DNA of 64,000 nucleotides from contig DASUNP010000067.1 of assembly GCA_036277095.1 (NCBI GenBank), positions 67,551-131,550 of the forward strand, given 5' to 3'. Under the pieces are notes generated by a model. It was not told the origin of the DNA. It saw only the letters and a program-made list of their open reading frames with translations, and ran no database searches. This DNA comes from Blastocatellia bacterium. Its GTDB lineage: Bacteria > Acidobacteriota > Blastocatellia > UBA7656. Both the position numbers and the translations under genes were made by a program. Shown here in pieces: positions 31,307-39,323 of this stretch; positions within the stretch are counted from its first letter, which is position 1, and each line of letters begins with the position of its first letter.

Positions 31307-31421
31307 AACAACTGCGAAGAAAGATTATAATACCCCCAAGCTGTTCATCTATGGAAATATTTCTCAGCTCACACAGAATATAACCGACATGGGGATGAAT
31401 GATAACCCGACTATGAAGACT
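31290..31421 (+). CDS. lasso peptide precursor (A peptide), 43 aa. It is absent from the ORF track (under 60 aa).
   Basis: MKSQDKTTAKKDYNTPKLFIYGNISQLTQNITDMGMNDNPTMKT. The leader fits the lasso consensus Y-x2-P-x-L-x3-G-x5-T-x exactly (Y13..T28-Q29). An AAGGAG RBS lies 8 nt upstream. The gene overlaps the C gene's 3' end by 17 bp. Predicted core NITDMGMNDNPTMKT, with Asp9 as ring acceptor. Confidence 0.7.
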
Positions 31422-31483
31422 TAGCAGTTCGTTGCTCATCACAGATAGCATCTGAAGCTGCTCAATGTCTATTCGTTAAGATC

Positions 31484-32509
31484 ATGTATTTGGCCTATTC
31501 CCTTTACGGCTTGTGCCTGCAAACTAATCTACCTCTTCCTGGCTTAATTCCCCGACCCTCTGCCTCGAAAATAGATGCTCATGTGTGGCTACAATTTATA
31601 CCAGATGCTTTGCTTGGTAAGAGTGAGACACAGGCAAAGCTTGTGTATGCCAGCCAAAATCAGGATGAACTTGGAGAGCCTGTGCTGAAAGCCTGGGAGC
31701 TAATGGACGGGAGCTTTTTCCGGCTGCGTTACAGCGATGGGACGGAGTTCGTTATCGACCGCGAAGGTGCTCAGATATGGTGCACTTGGCCGGATAATTT
31801 AACGATTGAGGACACAACCGTTTATCTTCTTGGTCCAATATTCGGATTTGTACTACGTCTTCGCGGAACGCTCTGCTTGCATGCAAGCGCTATCGCCGTA
31901 GGAGAATATGCAATCGCAATTGTAGGTCCCGCCGGGACTGGAAAATCTACAACCGCCGCAGCGCTTGCGAAGTCAGGATTTCCAGTATTGACAGATGATG
32001 TATTAGCGCTTACCGATATGGATGGCATATTTATGGCTCAACCCGCCTATCCGCACCTGCGCTTATGGCCGGCATCAGTGAATATCTTATATGGTAAACC
32101 GGACGCCCTGCCGAGATTGGTGCCGGGGGATTCATTATGGGATAAACGCTACCTGAATCTCACCGAGAATGATTATATGTTTCAACGCCATCCGCTCCCT
32201 CTCGCGTCAATATACCTGTTAAGCGAACGCACTGAAGATTCAGCAGCTCCATTTATCGAATCAATGTCTGCAAGCGCCGGCTTGATGACTCTTGTTACGA
32301 ATACTTACGCGAACCATCTTCTGAATACTTCGAGGCGCGCCCAAGAATTTGGCTTACTGAGCCGCATCGCATCCAGCCTGCCGGTGCGACGAGTAATACC
32401 TCATGCCAGCCCGTTCTTTCTGTCAAAACTCTGTGAAGTGATCATCAATGATTTTCATCAACAGGTTGAATCGAATAGAATGAGCACGGCGGAAGAAGCG
32501 CAACTCTGA
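31484..32509 (+). CDS. HPr-kinase/phosphorylase-like kinase (lasso precursor kinase homologue)
   Basis: 341 aa; P-loop GPAGTGKSTTAAALA followed by the LTDD motif typical of the HprK C-domain; this family is known in phosphorylated lasso clusters (paeninodin type). Confidence 0.7.
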   Translation: MYLAYSLYGLCLQTNLPLPGLIPRPSASKIDAHVWLQFIPDALLGKSETQAKLVYASQNQDELGEPVLKAWELMDGSFFRLRYSDGTEFVIDREGAQIWCTWPDNLTIEDTTVYLLGPIFGFVLRLRGTLCLHASAIAVGEYAIAIVGPAGTGKSTTAAALAKSGFPVLTDDVLALTDMDGIFMAQPAYPHLRLWPASVNILYGKPDALPRLVPGDSLWDKRYLNLTENDYMFQRHPLPLASIYLLSERTEDSAAPFIESMSASAGLMTLVTNTYANHLLNTSRRAQEFGLLSRIASSLPVRRVIPHASPFFLSKLCEVIINDFHQQVESNRMSTAEEAQL

Positions 32510-32569
32510 ATAAGTAGTGCCTGAAATACGGCGCTGTGATTCTTCAGCAGAGGAAAGCTTTTTGTTGTA

Positions 32570-33193
32570 GTGAGACCAAAGATGCCGGACTCTGATTTTT
32601 TCACTCGCTTCGGATTCTTTGCGGTCAAAGGTTTTCTTGACACGCGATTATGCGCAAGATTTCGATCCGAGATGCTTTCAACTGCACTCTCCCCCACAAC
32701 GGTCGTAGACGCCTACACATCTCAAGACATGCTGAAAGAGAAGGTCCGCAAAAGTTTGCATGCGGAAGTCTCTCAATCATCCACATTGCTTGTAAAAGAG
32801 CGTTTGATGGCTCTAAGGGGAAAGCTGGAGAATCATTTTGAGTTGTCGTTCGACAGTTGCGAGAAGCCACAGTTCCTGGTTTACAAAGAAGGAGGCTACT
32901 TTCAACCACACAGGGATGGGGAAGACGAAGCCGGCAAGCCTGAATATATTAAGAGCCGCCAGATATCTATAGTTGTATTCTTGAACCGAGAGTCTGACAG
33001 GCCCGCGCCCAATGCATACTGCGGCGGGGCGCTGACGTTCTACGGGTTGATAGATGATCCTAAGTGGAAAAGGTATGGCTTTCAATTGAAGGGCGAAACG
33101 GGGATGCTGGTTGCCTTCAGGGCGGGGGTCCTTCATGAAGTCACGACCGTTACACACGGAACACGTTGCTCGATTGTTAGCTGGTTCTTCTGA
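32570..33193 (+). CDS. 2OG-Fe(II) oxygenase superfamily protein
   Basis: 207 aa; HxD (FQPHRDGED) ... distal His (VLHEVTTVTHG) facial triad; P4H/PhyH-like. Confidence 0.65.
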   Translation: MRPKMPDSDFFTRFGFFAVKGFLDTRLCARFRSEMLSTALSPTTVVDAYTSQDMLKEKVRKSLHAEVSQSSTLLVKERLMALRGKLENHFELSFDSCEKPQFLVYKEGGYFQPHRDGEDEAGKPEYIKSRQISIVVFLNRESDRPAPNAYCGGALTFYGLIDDPKWKRYGFQLKGETGMLVAFRAGVLHEVTTVTHGTRCSIVSWFF

Positions 33194-33223
33194 TTTCAAC
33201 CTATAGTAAACTGAGAAGTCATA

Positions 33224-34393
33224 ATGTATAGCATCACCAGCTATGGCAAGATGATTGCCGACCATGTACGCACAGAGGCTTATGCGCATGCTTTGCGTCG
33301 GGCGATAAAGCCCGACTCGGTCGTCCTCGATATCGGAACGGGGATAGGCATCTTTGCGATGCTGGCCTGTCAATTCGGCGCGCGACGAGTCTATGCCATT
33401 GAGCCGGATGATGCCGTCCAGGTTGCGCGAACGATCGCCGCAGATAACGGCTTTGCCAACCGCATTGAGTTTATTCAAGAACTCTCTTCTCGTATCACAT
33501 TATCTGAGCGAGTCGATCTGATCGTCTCTGACTTGCGGGGCGTGCTGCCTTTGTTTCGTCATCACATTCCGTCAATCATCGATGCTCGAAAGCGCTTCCT
33601 TGCTCCAGACGGCATACTGATACCACAGCAAGACACTTTATGGGCGGCAGTGTCGGAAGCCCCGGATCTGTATGAACGCTATTCGACGCTCTGGAGCGAT
33701 AATGCTTATGGGCTTGACCTCGGCGCAGCCCGGCGATTAGCGGTTAACACCTGGCAGAAAGGCCGAGTCGCCTCCGATCAGCTTTTAACGCCTCCTCAAC
33801 AATGGGCTACGCTCGATTATTATTCTATAGAGAGCGCCAACATCAGCGCTGAAATGATCTTTACCGCGATGCGCGCGGGGACTGCTCACGGCTTGAGCCT
33901 GTGGTTCGACGGCCTGCTCGCTGAAGGAGTGAGTTTTTCGAACGCTCCCGGCCAGCCCGAATTAATCTATGGCAGCGCCTTCTTCCCATTCTCTTCTCCC
34001 GTAACGCTGGCCGTCGGCGATAGAGTCTCCGTTAAGCTTTCGGCAGACCTCGTAGTCGATGATTACGTCTGGCGGTGGAATACTCAGGTGGCGGGTCAGG
34101 GCGATGAGATCAAAGCCGATTTCAAACAGTCTACTTTCTTCGGCGCGCCGCTGTCTCCGAATCAACTGCGCAAACGAGAGAGCAGCTATGTCCCTGCGCT
34201 TGATAAAGAGGGGCAGATCGACCGGCTCATCCTTTCTCTCATGAACGGGCAGAATTCTCTAAGCGATATTGCTCACACAGTTGCAACTGATTTCCCGGAC
34301 CGCTTCAAAAGCTGGCAGGATGCGCTGAACCGCGCAGGCGAGCTCTCTGTTAAATACAGCAACCGGTCCGGCCTCTCTCATGCTTCGCAATGA
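33224..34393 (+). CDS. PRMT-fold (protein arginine N-methyltransferase-like) class I methyltransferase
   Basis: 389 aa. MIADHVRTEAYAHAL and VLDIGTGIGIFAMLACQFGARRVYAIE align with PRMT motif I/post-I. The double-E loop is replaced (SDLRGV instead of SEWMGY). Confidence 0.65.
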   Translation: MYSITSYGKMIADHVRTEAYAHALRRAIKPDSVVLDIGTGIGIFAMLACQFGARRVYAIEPDDAVQVARTIAADNGFANRIEFIQELSSRITLSERVDLIVSDLRGVLPLFRHHIPSIIDARKRFLAPDGILIPQQDTLWAAVSEAPDLYERYSTLWSDNAYGLDLGAARRLAVNTWQKGRVASDQLLTPPQQWATLDYYSIESANISAEMIFTAMRAGTAHGLSLWFDGLLAEGVSFSNAPGQPELIYGSAFFPFSSPVTLAVGDRVSVKLSADLVVDDYVWRWNTQVAGQGDEIKADFKQSTFFGAPLSPNQLRKRESSYVPALDKEGQIDRLILSLMNGQNSLSDIAHTVATDFPDRFKSWQDALNRAGELSVKYSNRSGLSHASQ

Positions 34394-35589
34394 AACCGTC
34401 AAGTCGCGCAGTCTCCGGCATGATCTCTGAACACGAGTTGCTCGTATGCTGCGCCCGGACATATCTGGATTCTAAGAGCGCCGCGCGCGTTGCCGCGCTC
34501 GTTCAACAGCGAATAGACTGGGATTACCTGGTCCGAGCGGCTACACATCACAGCCTGCTTCCGCTCCTGCACTCACATCTGAGCGCAATCTGCCCCGATG
34601 ACATTCCCGGCGCCGCCTCCAACCGGCTCAAAGAGCATTCTCAGAATAACAGCAGAAACAGTCTTCTCCTCACAGGCGAGCTGATTAAGCTTCAACGGCT
34701 TTTTCAGTCTCAAGATATTCCGATGGTCCCGTTTAAGGGGCCGATCCTGGCCGCCTGTTTCTATGGCGATGTAGGGCTCAGGCAGTTTAGCGACCTCGAC
34801 CTGTTGGTCCGCAAACAGGACGTGTTCAAAGCCAGGGATATTCTCATCTCTGCTCAATACCTTCCGCGCTACCGGTTGGGCGCGACGCAACGGGCGGCGA
34901 TGGTCGAGCAAAAGTGCGAGGAGCCCTTTGACCGGGACGATAACGCTGCGACGGTCGATCTACACTGGGCAGTTATACCAACGCGATTCTCTTTCGCGCC
35001 CGATATCGCCTCGATATGGCAGGGGCTTGAGCGAGTCTCGCTCAGCGGCTGCGAGTTTCTGACGGTCGCGCCCGAAGATCTGATTATGCTGATCTGCATA
35101 CATGGCGCAAAGCATGCCTGGGAGCGATTGGGCTGGATATGCGACCTGGCGGAGTTGATTCGCGCCCGCAGAAGTTTGGATTGGAACTCAGTCATCGAGA
35201 CGGGAAGACGAAGCGGCGGCCAAAGAATTCTTTCTCTCGGTCTTTTCCTGGCGAGCGATCTGCTGGATGCGCCGCTCCCGCCGGGAGTTTTCGAAAGCGT
35301 GCAATCTGATAGACAGGTCCGGTCGCTTGCGGCGAAAGTTTATTCGAATCTCTCGCGCAGGATTGATAGACAGATAAGTGTCTTTGAAAGGGACCTGTTT
35401 TACCTCCAATCCATGAATCGCGTAAAGGATCGCGCGCATTTACTGTCGGACCATATAAAGCCGACGCCTCTCGAATGGCAGATGGTGCCGCTGCCCCCGT
35501 ATCTCTCCTTCTTTTATTATCCGCTGCGCCCTATCAGGATAATCGAGAAACACTGGCAGAGTTTAACTAAACGCATGTTATCGAAATGA
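34390..35589 (+). CDS. nucleotidyltransferase-family protein (PF14907-like 'uncharacterised NTP transferase')
   Basis: 399 aa; FSDLDLLV motif; ATGA overlap with the methyltransferase; this family co-occurs with kinases in lasso clusters. Confidence 0.6.
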   Translation: MKPSSRAVSGMISEHELLVCCARTYLDSKSAARVAALVQQRIDWDYLVRAATHHSLLPLLHSHLSAICPDDIPGAASNRLKEHSQNNSRNSLLLTGELIKLQRLFQSQDIPMVPFKGPILAACFYGDVGLRQFSDLDLLVRKQDVFKARDILISAQYLPRYRLGATQRAAMVEQKCEEPFDRDDNAATVDLHWAVIPTRFSFAPDIASIWQGLERVSLSGCEFLTVAPEDLIMLICIHGAKHAWERLGWICDLAELIRARRSLDWNSVIETGRRSGGQRILSLGLFLASDLLDAPLPPGVFESVQSDRQVRSLAAKVYSNLSRRIDRQISVFERDLFYLQSMNRVKDRAHLLSDHIKPTPLEWQMVPLPPYLSFFYYPLRPIRIIEKHWQSLTKRMLSK

Positions 35590-35668
35590 GACTGGTCAAA
35601 CCTACTCGTTGAATGTACATTGGTGATCCGAAAGCACGCGCCATGCGCCCTTAAATTAATTCGCAGAC

Positions 35669-37495
35669 ATGACGACTACCACGGCATCAATTAACAGAAT
35701 TTTTATCGCCACTTTGCTCGGCGAAATGTCGTGGAGAGTGGTCCTGGTCCTTACGCTCATGCTCTCGCTCGGCCTTATCGAAGGCATCGGGCTGATACTT
35801 CTAATCCCTCTGCTTGGGCTCACGGGCATAGATGTTCAACAAGGCGCGGTCGGCGCAATCGATAGCTTCGTCGCGTCAGCTTTCAATGTCGCGGGCCTGC
35901 GCCCGACTCTCATGTCTGTGCTGGCCGTTTATGTCGCAATCACAATTGCTCACTCGCTCTTACAACGCTGGCAAACGGTGAGCAGCGCTTCGCTTGAAAA
36001 CGAATTTGTAGATCGTCTCAGGCAGCGGCTCTATAAATCGATCACGAATGCGAACTGGCTATTTTTCTCCAGGTCGAAAGCTTCCCATTTCACTCACGCG
36101 CTCACTTCGGAGCTTGACCGTGTAGATATCGCAACCTATAGCCTGCTTGCCATAGTCGTCAACTGCGTCGTCGCCTCAGTCTACATAATCCTGGCTTTGC
36201 GTTTGTCCGTGCCGATGACGGTGCTGGTCTTCGCTTGCGGAGCGGCGCTCCTGCTCCTGCTTAAAGGCAAGATGCGAAAGGCGCGTTTGAGCGGGGAAGC
36301 TCTCTCTGATGCGACAGGGGAGATGCACTCTTCTTCGCTGGAGCACTTCGGCGGCATAAAAGTGGTGAAAGCCTATAACGCCGAACGGCGCAATATAAAG
36401 ATCTTTTCGGAGTTGACCCGTCGCGTCACGCGCATCTACGACGCCTACACGCGCGACCATGCGAATATGAAACTCTGGTTCGACGTGGGCGCTGTGCTTG
36501 TCCTGGCGGTGATTCTTTACGTCTCCATAGGGGTGGCTTCTATGCCCGCGGCGGGCGTGCTCGTCTTGATATTCCTGTTCGCGCGCATCATGCCAAAGCT
36601 CTCAACCATACAGCAGAACTATCAGCGTTACGTTCACGCGCTGCCTGCGTTCGCTGCCGTGATGGATGTAGAATCGCGCTGCCTGGCGGCATCCGACCCG
36701 GCGCCTACAGATACAGAGCCTGTGCAGTTCCGGCAGTCCGTGAGGCTCGACCGCGTAGATTTCGAATATGAGCCTGGCGGGTTTCGATTACAGGCGCTTG
36801 ACCTGACAATCGCATTCGGCGATATGACGGCTATAGTCGGCCAATCGGGCGCGGGCAAAAGCACTATAGCAGACCTTCTCCTGGGCCTGGTCGCACCCGG
36901 GCGAGGCCGTGTCTTGATCGATGACGCCGTTTTAGAAGCAAAGCTCATTAAAGGCTGGCGCGACCAGATCGGCTACGTTGCGCAGGACACTTTCTTATTT
37001 CACGACACGGTCAGGGCCAACCTGCTATGGGCGCGGCCCGAGGCAACCGAGCAAGAGTTGTGGGATGCGTTGAGGCTCGCGGCGGCAGATGAGTTCGTTA
37101 AGGATTTGCCTCAAAGACTTGAAACAGTCCTGGGCGATCGCGGCGTGAGGCTTTCGGGCGGCGAGAGACAACGAATAGCATTGGCGCGCGCGCTGCTGCG
37201 CAAGCCGCAGCTCTTGATACTTGACGAGGCCACGAGCGCGCTCGATTCAGAAAATGAAAAGCGCATACTCTCTGCCATAGAAGAGTTGCACGGCCGTCTC
37301 ACTATACTCGTCATTGCCCACAGGCTCTCTACAATCAGAACAGCGGATCACATTTATCTTATCGAACGGGGCAGATTGATCGAACACGGAGATTGGTCTT
37401 CGCTCATCACCAGGGAAGGCGGCAGGTTTCAAGCCTTCTTTAAGGCGCAGAACCTTGAAGTTGTCCCTGACACACAGAAGGTTTCTTATGATTGA
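35669..37495 (+). CDS. ABC transporter, fused permease/ATPase (lasso exporter D)
   Basis: 608 aa; 6 TM N-domain; Walker A GQSGAGKST; signature LSGGERQRIALARALL; Walker B LILDEATSALD. Confidence 0.85.
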   Translation: MTTTTASINRIFIATLLGEMSWRVVLVLTLMLSLGLIEGIGLILLIPLLGLTGIDVQQGAVGAIDSFVASAFNVAGLRPTLMSVLAVYVAITIAHSLLQRWQTVSSASLENEFVDRLRQRLYKSITNANWLFFSRSKASHFTHALTSELDRVDIATYSLLAIVVNCVVASVYIILALRLSVPMTVLVFACGAALLLLLKGKMRKARLSGEALSDATGEMHSSSLEHFGGIKVVKAYNAERRNIKIFSELTRRVTRIYDAYTRDHANMKLWFDVGAVLVLAVILYVSIGVASMPAAGVLVLIFLFARIMPKLSTIQQNYQRYVHALPAFAAVMDVESRCLAASDPAPTDTEPVQFRQSVRLDRVDFEYEPGGFRLQALDLTIAFGDMTAIVGQSGAGKSTIADLLLGLVAPGRGRVLIDDAVLEAKLIKGWRDQIGYVAQDTFLFHDTVRANLLWARPEATEQELWDALRLAAADEFVKDLPQRLETVLGDRGVRLSGGERQRIALARALLRKPQLLILDEATSALDSENEKRILSAIEELHGRLTILVIAHRLSTIRTADHIYLIERGRLIEHGDWSSLITREGGRFQAFFKAQNLEVVPDTQKVSYD

Positions 37496-37742
37496 CACGT
37501 GTAGCACTCGAAGATAGAATAGCGCCGCGTCTTTAAAGGCGCCGGTCGTCACGTTGATCTCATGACAGTGACTTCATCGCATGGCCGAATCATAAAACAA
37601 CTCCTCTCATCACTCCATCCCCAGTAACGAAATCAAATACCAGCACGACGATGCCGGTCTGTCATCAGACGGATTCGACGGCCCGTCCACCATCAGCCGC
37701 AGCCTGTACAGACCCCAGAACGAAATTGCAGGAAGGAATTCC

Positions 37743-38225
37743 ATGAGAAGAGAACCGTTCATGACGTTACCCCTGGCGAGAAGAGACGGGTTGTTAGTTC
37801 GGGAGATGAATGAAGAGATGCTGGTCTATGACCTGCAACGACATAAAGCGCACTGCTTGAACCGCCCCGCCGCTCTGGTATGGGGCCACTGCGACGGAAA
37901 GGCTAGCGTGGCTGAAGTGGCGCGGCTCGTCGGAGAGAAGATAGGAACACCGCTTGACGAAGAGACGATCCGCCATGCCTTAACTCAACTCGATCGGGCG
38001 GCGCTGTTAGAGAGGCGGATAACGCAAGCCGGTAACACTAGAAGATTATCCCGCAGACAGGCAGTGCGCAGATTGAGTGCGGCTGCGGTGGCCGCCGTGC
38101 CGATTGTGACAACCATCGTTGCGCCGCAGGCGGCAGAAGCCGCGACCTGTACACGCGCCGGGGAGACGTGCACAGGGCTGCCCTGCTGCGGCAGCGCTAC
38201 GAGGTGCTTTGTCGGCAGGTGCTAA
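37743..38225 (+). CDS. PqqD-like (RRE) domain protein with a hydrophobic/Tat-like segment and a C-terminal 6-Cys tail
   Basis: 160 aa. LVYDLQRHKAHCLNRPAALVWGHCDGKASVAEVARLV matches the PqqD fold. Then SRRQAVRRLSAAAVAAVPIVTTIVAPQAAEAA, followed by TCTRAGETCTGLPCCGSATRCFVGRC (C-x6-C-x4-CC-x5-C-x4-C). Confidence 0.5.
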   Translation: MRREPFMTLPLARRDGLLVREMNEEMLVYDLQRHKAHCLNRPAALVWGHCDGKASVAEVARLVGEKIGTPLDEETIRHALTQLDRAALLERRITQAGNTRRLSRRQAVRRLSAAAVAAVPIVTTIVAPQAAEAATCTRAGETCTGLPCCGSATRCFVGRC

Positions 38226-38234
38226 CTCTATTCA

Positions 38235-39323
38235 ATGAATAACAGCCTTGCACAGTCTCGGGGAAGTCAGATCGCCGCCGTGCTCGCAGGCTCATGGCGC
38301 GACCATCCCCCGCCCTTGAAAATATCGGGCGGCCAATTGGCCGAGATAACTTCGGCATTGCTCGCGACGGGGACCGCGCCCCTTTGTTGGAGGCGTCTTC
38401 TTCATTCTAAAACGGAAGCGCGCGCAGCCTTAGAGTTAAAAGCGGCTTACTACTTTCACACGATTCGGGCCGCCTACCACGAATATGAGGTCGAGCAGGT
38501 CTTCCGGCTGCTGCGTGCAGCGGGCTTAGAGCCCGTGCTGATGAAAGGGTGGGCCGTCGCACGACTTTATCCCGAATCGGGGCTCAGGCCATACGGAGAT
38601 GTAGACCTTTTCATCAGGCCCCGCGAGCGCCGCAAGGCTGCGGCTGTTTTAGCGAGCAATGAAGGCGTGAAACTTAACGTAGACATCGAGCATGAAGAGT
38701 TTGCCTGTGTGAGCGACCGGGCGGCGGATGATTTATGCGCTCGCTCAAAGCTTGTGACGCTGGGCGAAACGCATGTTCGCATTCTCGGCGACGAAGACCA
38801 CCTGCGTATGCTCTGTCTGCACACGCTCAGACATCACGCATGGCGACCGCTGTGGCTCTGCGACATAGGCGTTGTGGTCGAATCTTTGCCGGAAGGTTTC
38901 GATTGGGAGATCTGTCTTGGCGCAAACAAGAGGGAAGCCAACTGGGTCGCCTGCCTGGTCGAGCTGGCGAGCCAGGTTCTCGGCGTCCAACCGCGCGGTG
39001 ATTTTGTGTCGCGCGCCTCGTCGAAGCTGCCGCGCTGGGTCGGGCCCGCGCTTCTAAGAGACTGGGGCAGGTGGCACGGCCCGGGACCTGCGGAGTTGGC
39101 AGCCACGGCGTTCGTGAAGAATGTCAAAAGCCCCTCTCGAATGATTGGCGAGATCATCTCCAGGTGGGATCGCCCGATCAAGGCTACGGTCGAGATGCGA
39201 GGTCCGTTCAATCAATTTCTAAGACTTCCCTTTCAGATCTCTTACGCTCTTTCGCAGACTCCGAGGATCGCCCGACAGGTCGCGCGCGGTTTCTGCAAAG
39301 GGCGAACAGCGGAGGAGCAATGA
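38235..39323 (+). CDS. nucleotidyltransferase-family protein (second PF14907-like paralogue)
   Basis: 362 aa; YGDVDLFIRP motif; 9 bp after the RRE-Cys ORF; its stop overlaps the next gene as ATGA. Confidence 0.55.
   Translation: MNNSLAQSRGSQIAAVLAGSWRDHPPPLKISGGQLAEITSALLATGTAPLCWRRLLHSKTEARAALELKAAYYFHTIRAAYHEYEVEQVFRLLRAAGLEPVLMKGWAVARLYPESGLRPYGDVDLFIRPRERRKAAAVLASNEGVKLNVDIEHEEFACVSDRAADDLCARSKLVTLGETHVRILGDEDHLRMLCLHTLRHHAWRPLWLCDIGVVVESLPEGFDWEICLGANKREANWVACLVELASQVLGVQPRGDFVSRASSKLPRWVGPALLRDWGRWHGPGPAELAATAFVKNVKSPSRMIGEIISRWDRPIKATVEMRGPFNQFLRLPFQISYALSQTPRIARQVARGFCKGRTAEEQ

Noticed and set aside
37496-37742. Second lasso precursor in the gap before the RRE-Cys ORF
   Set aside because: The only ORF (MTVTSSHGRIIKQLLSSLHPQ, 21 aa) has no leader motif, no RBS and no Asp/Glu ring acceptor.
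39071-39319. N-terminal extension of ORF 39071-42565
   Set aside because: It overlaps the NTase 2 gene. A textbook signal peptide starts at the internal Met at 39320, so the upstream part is not translated.
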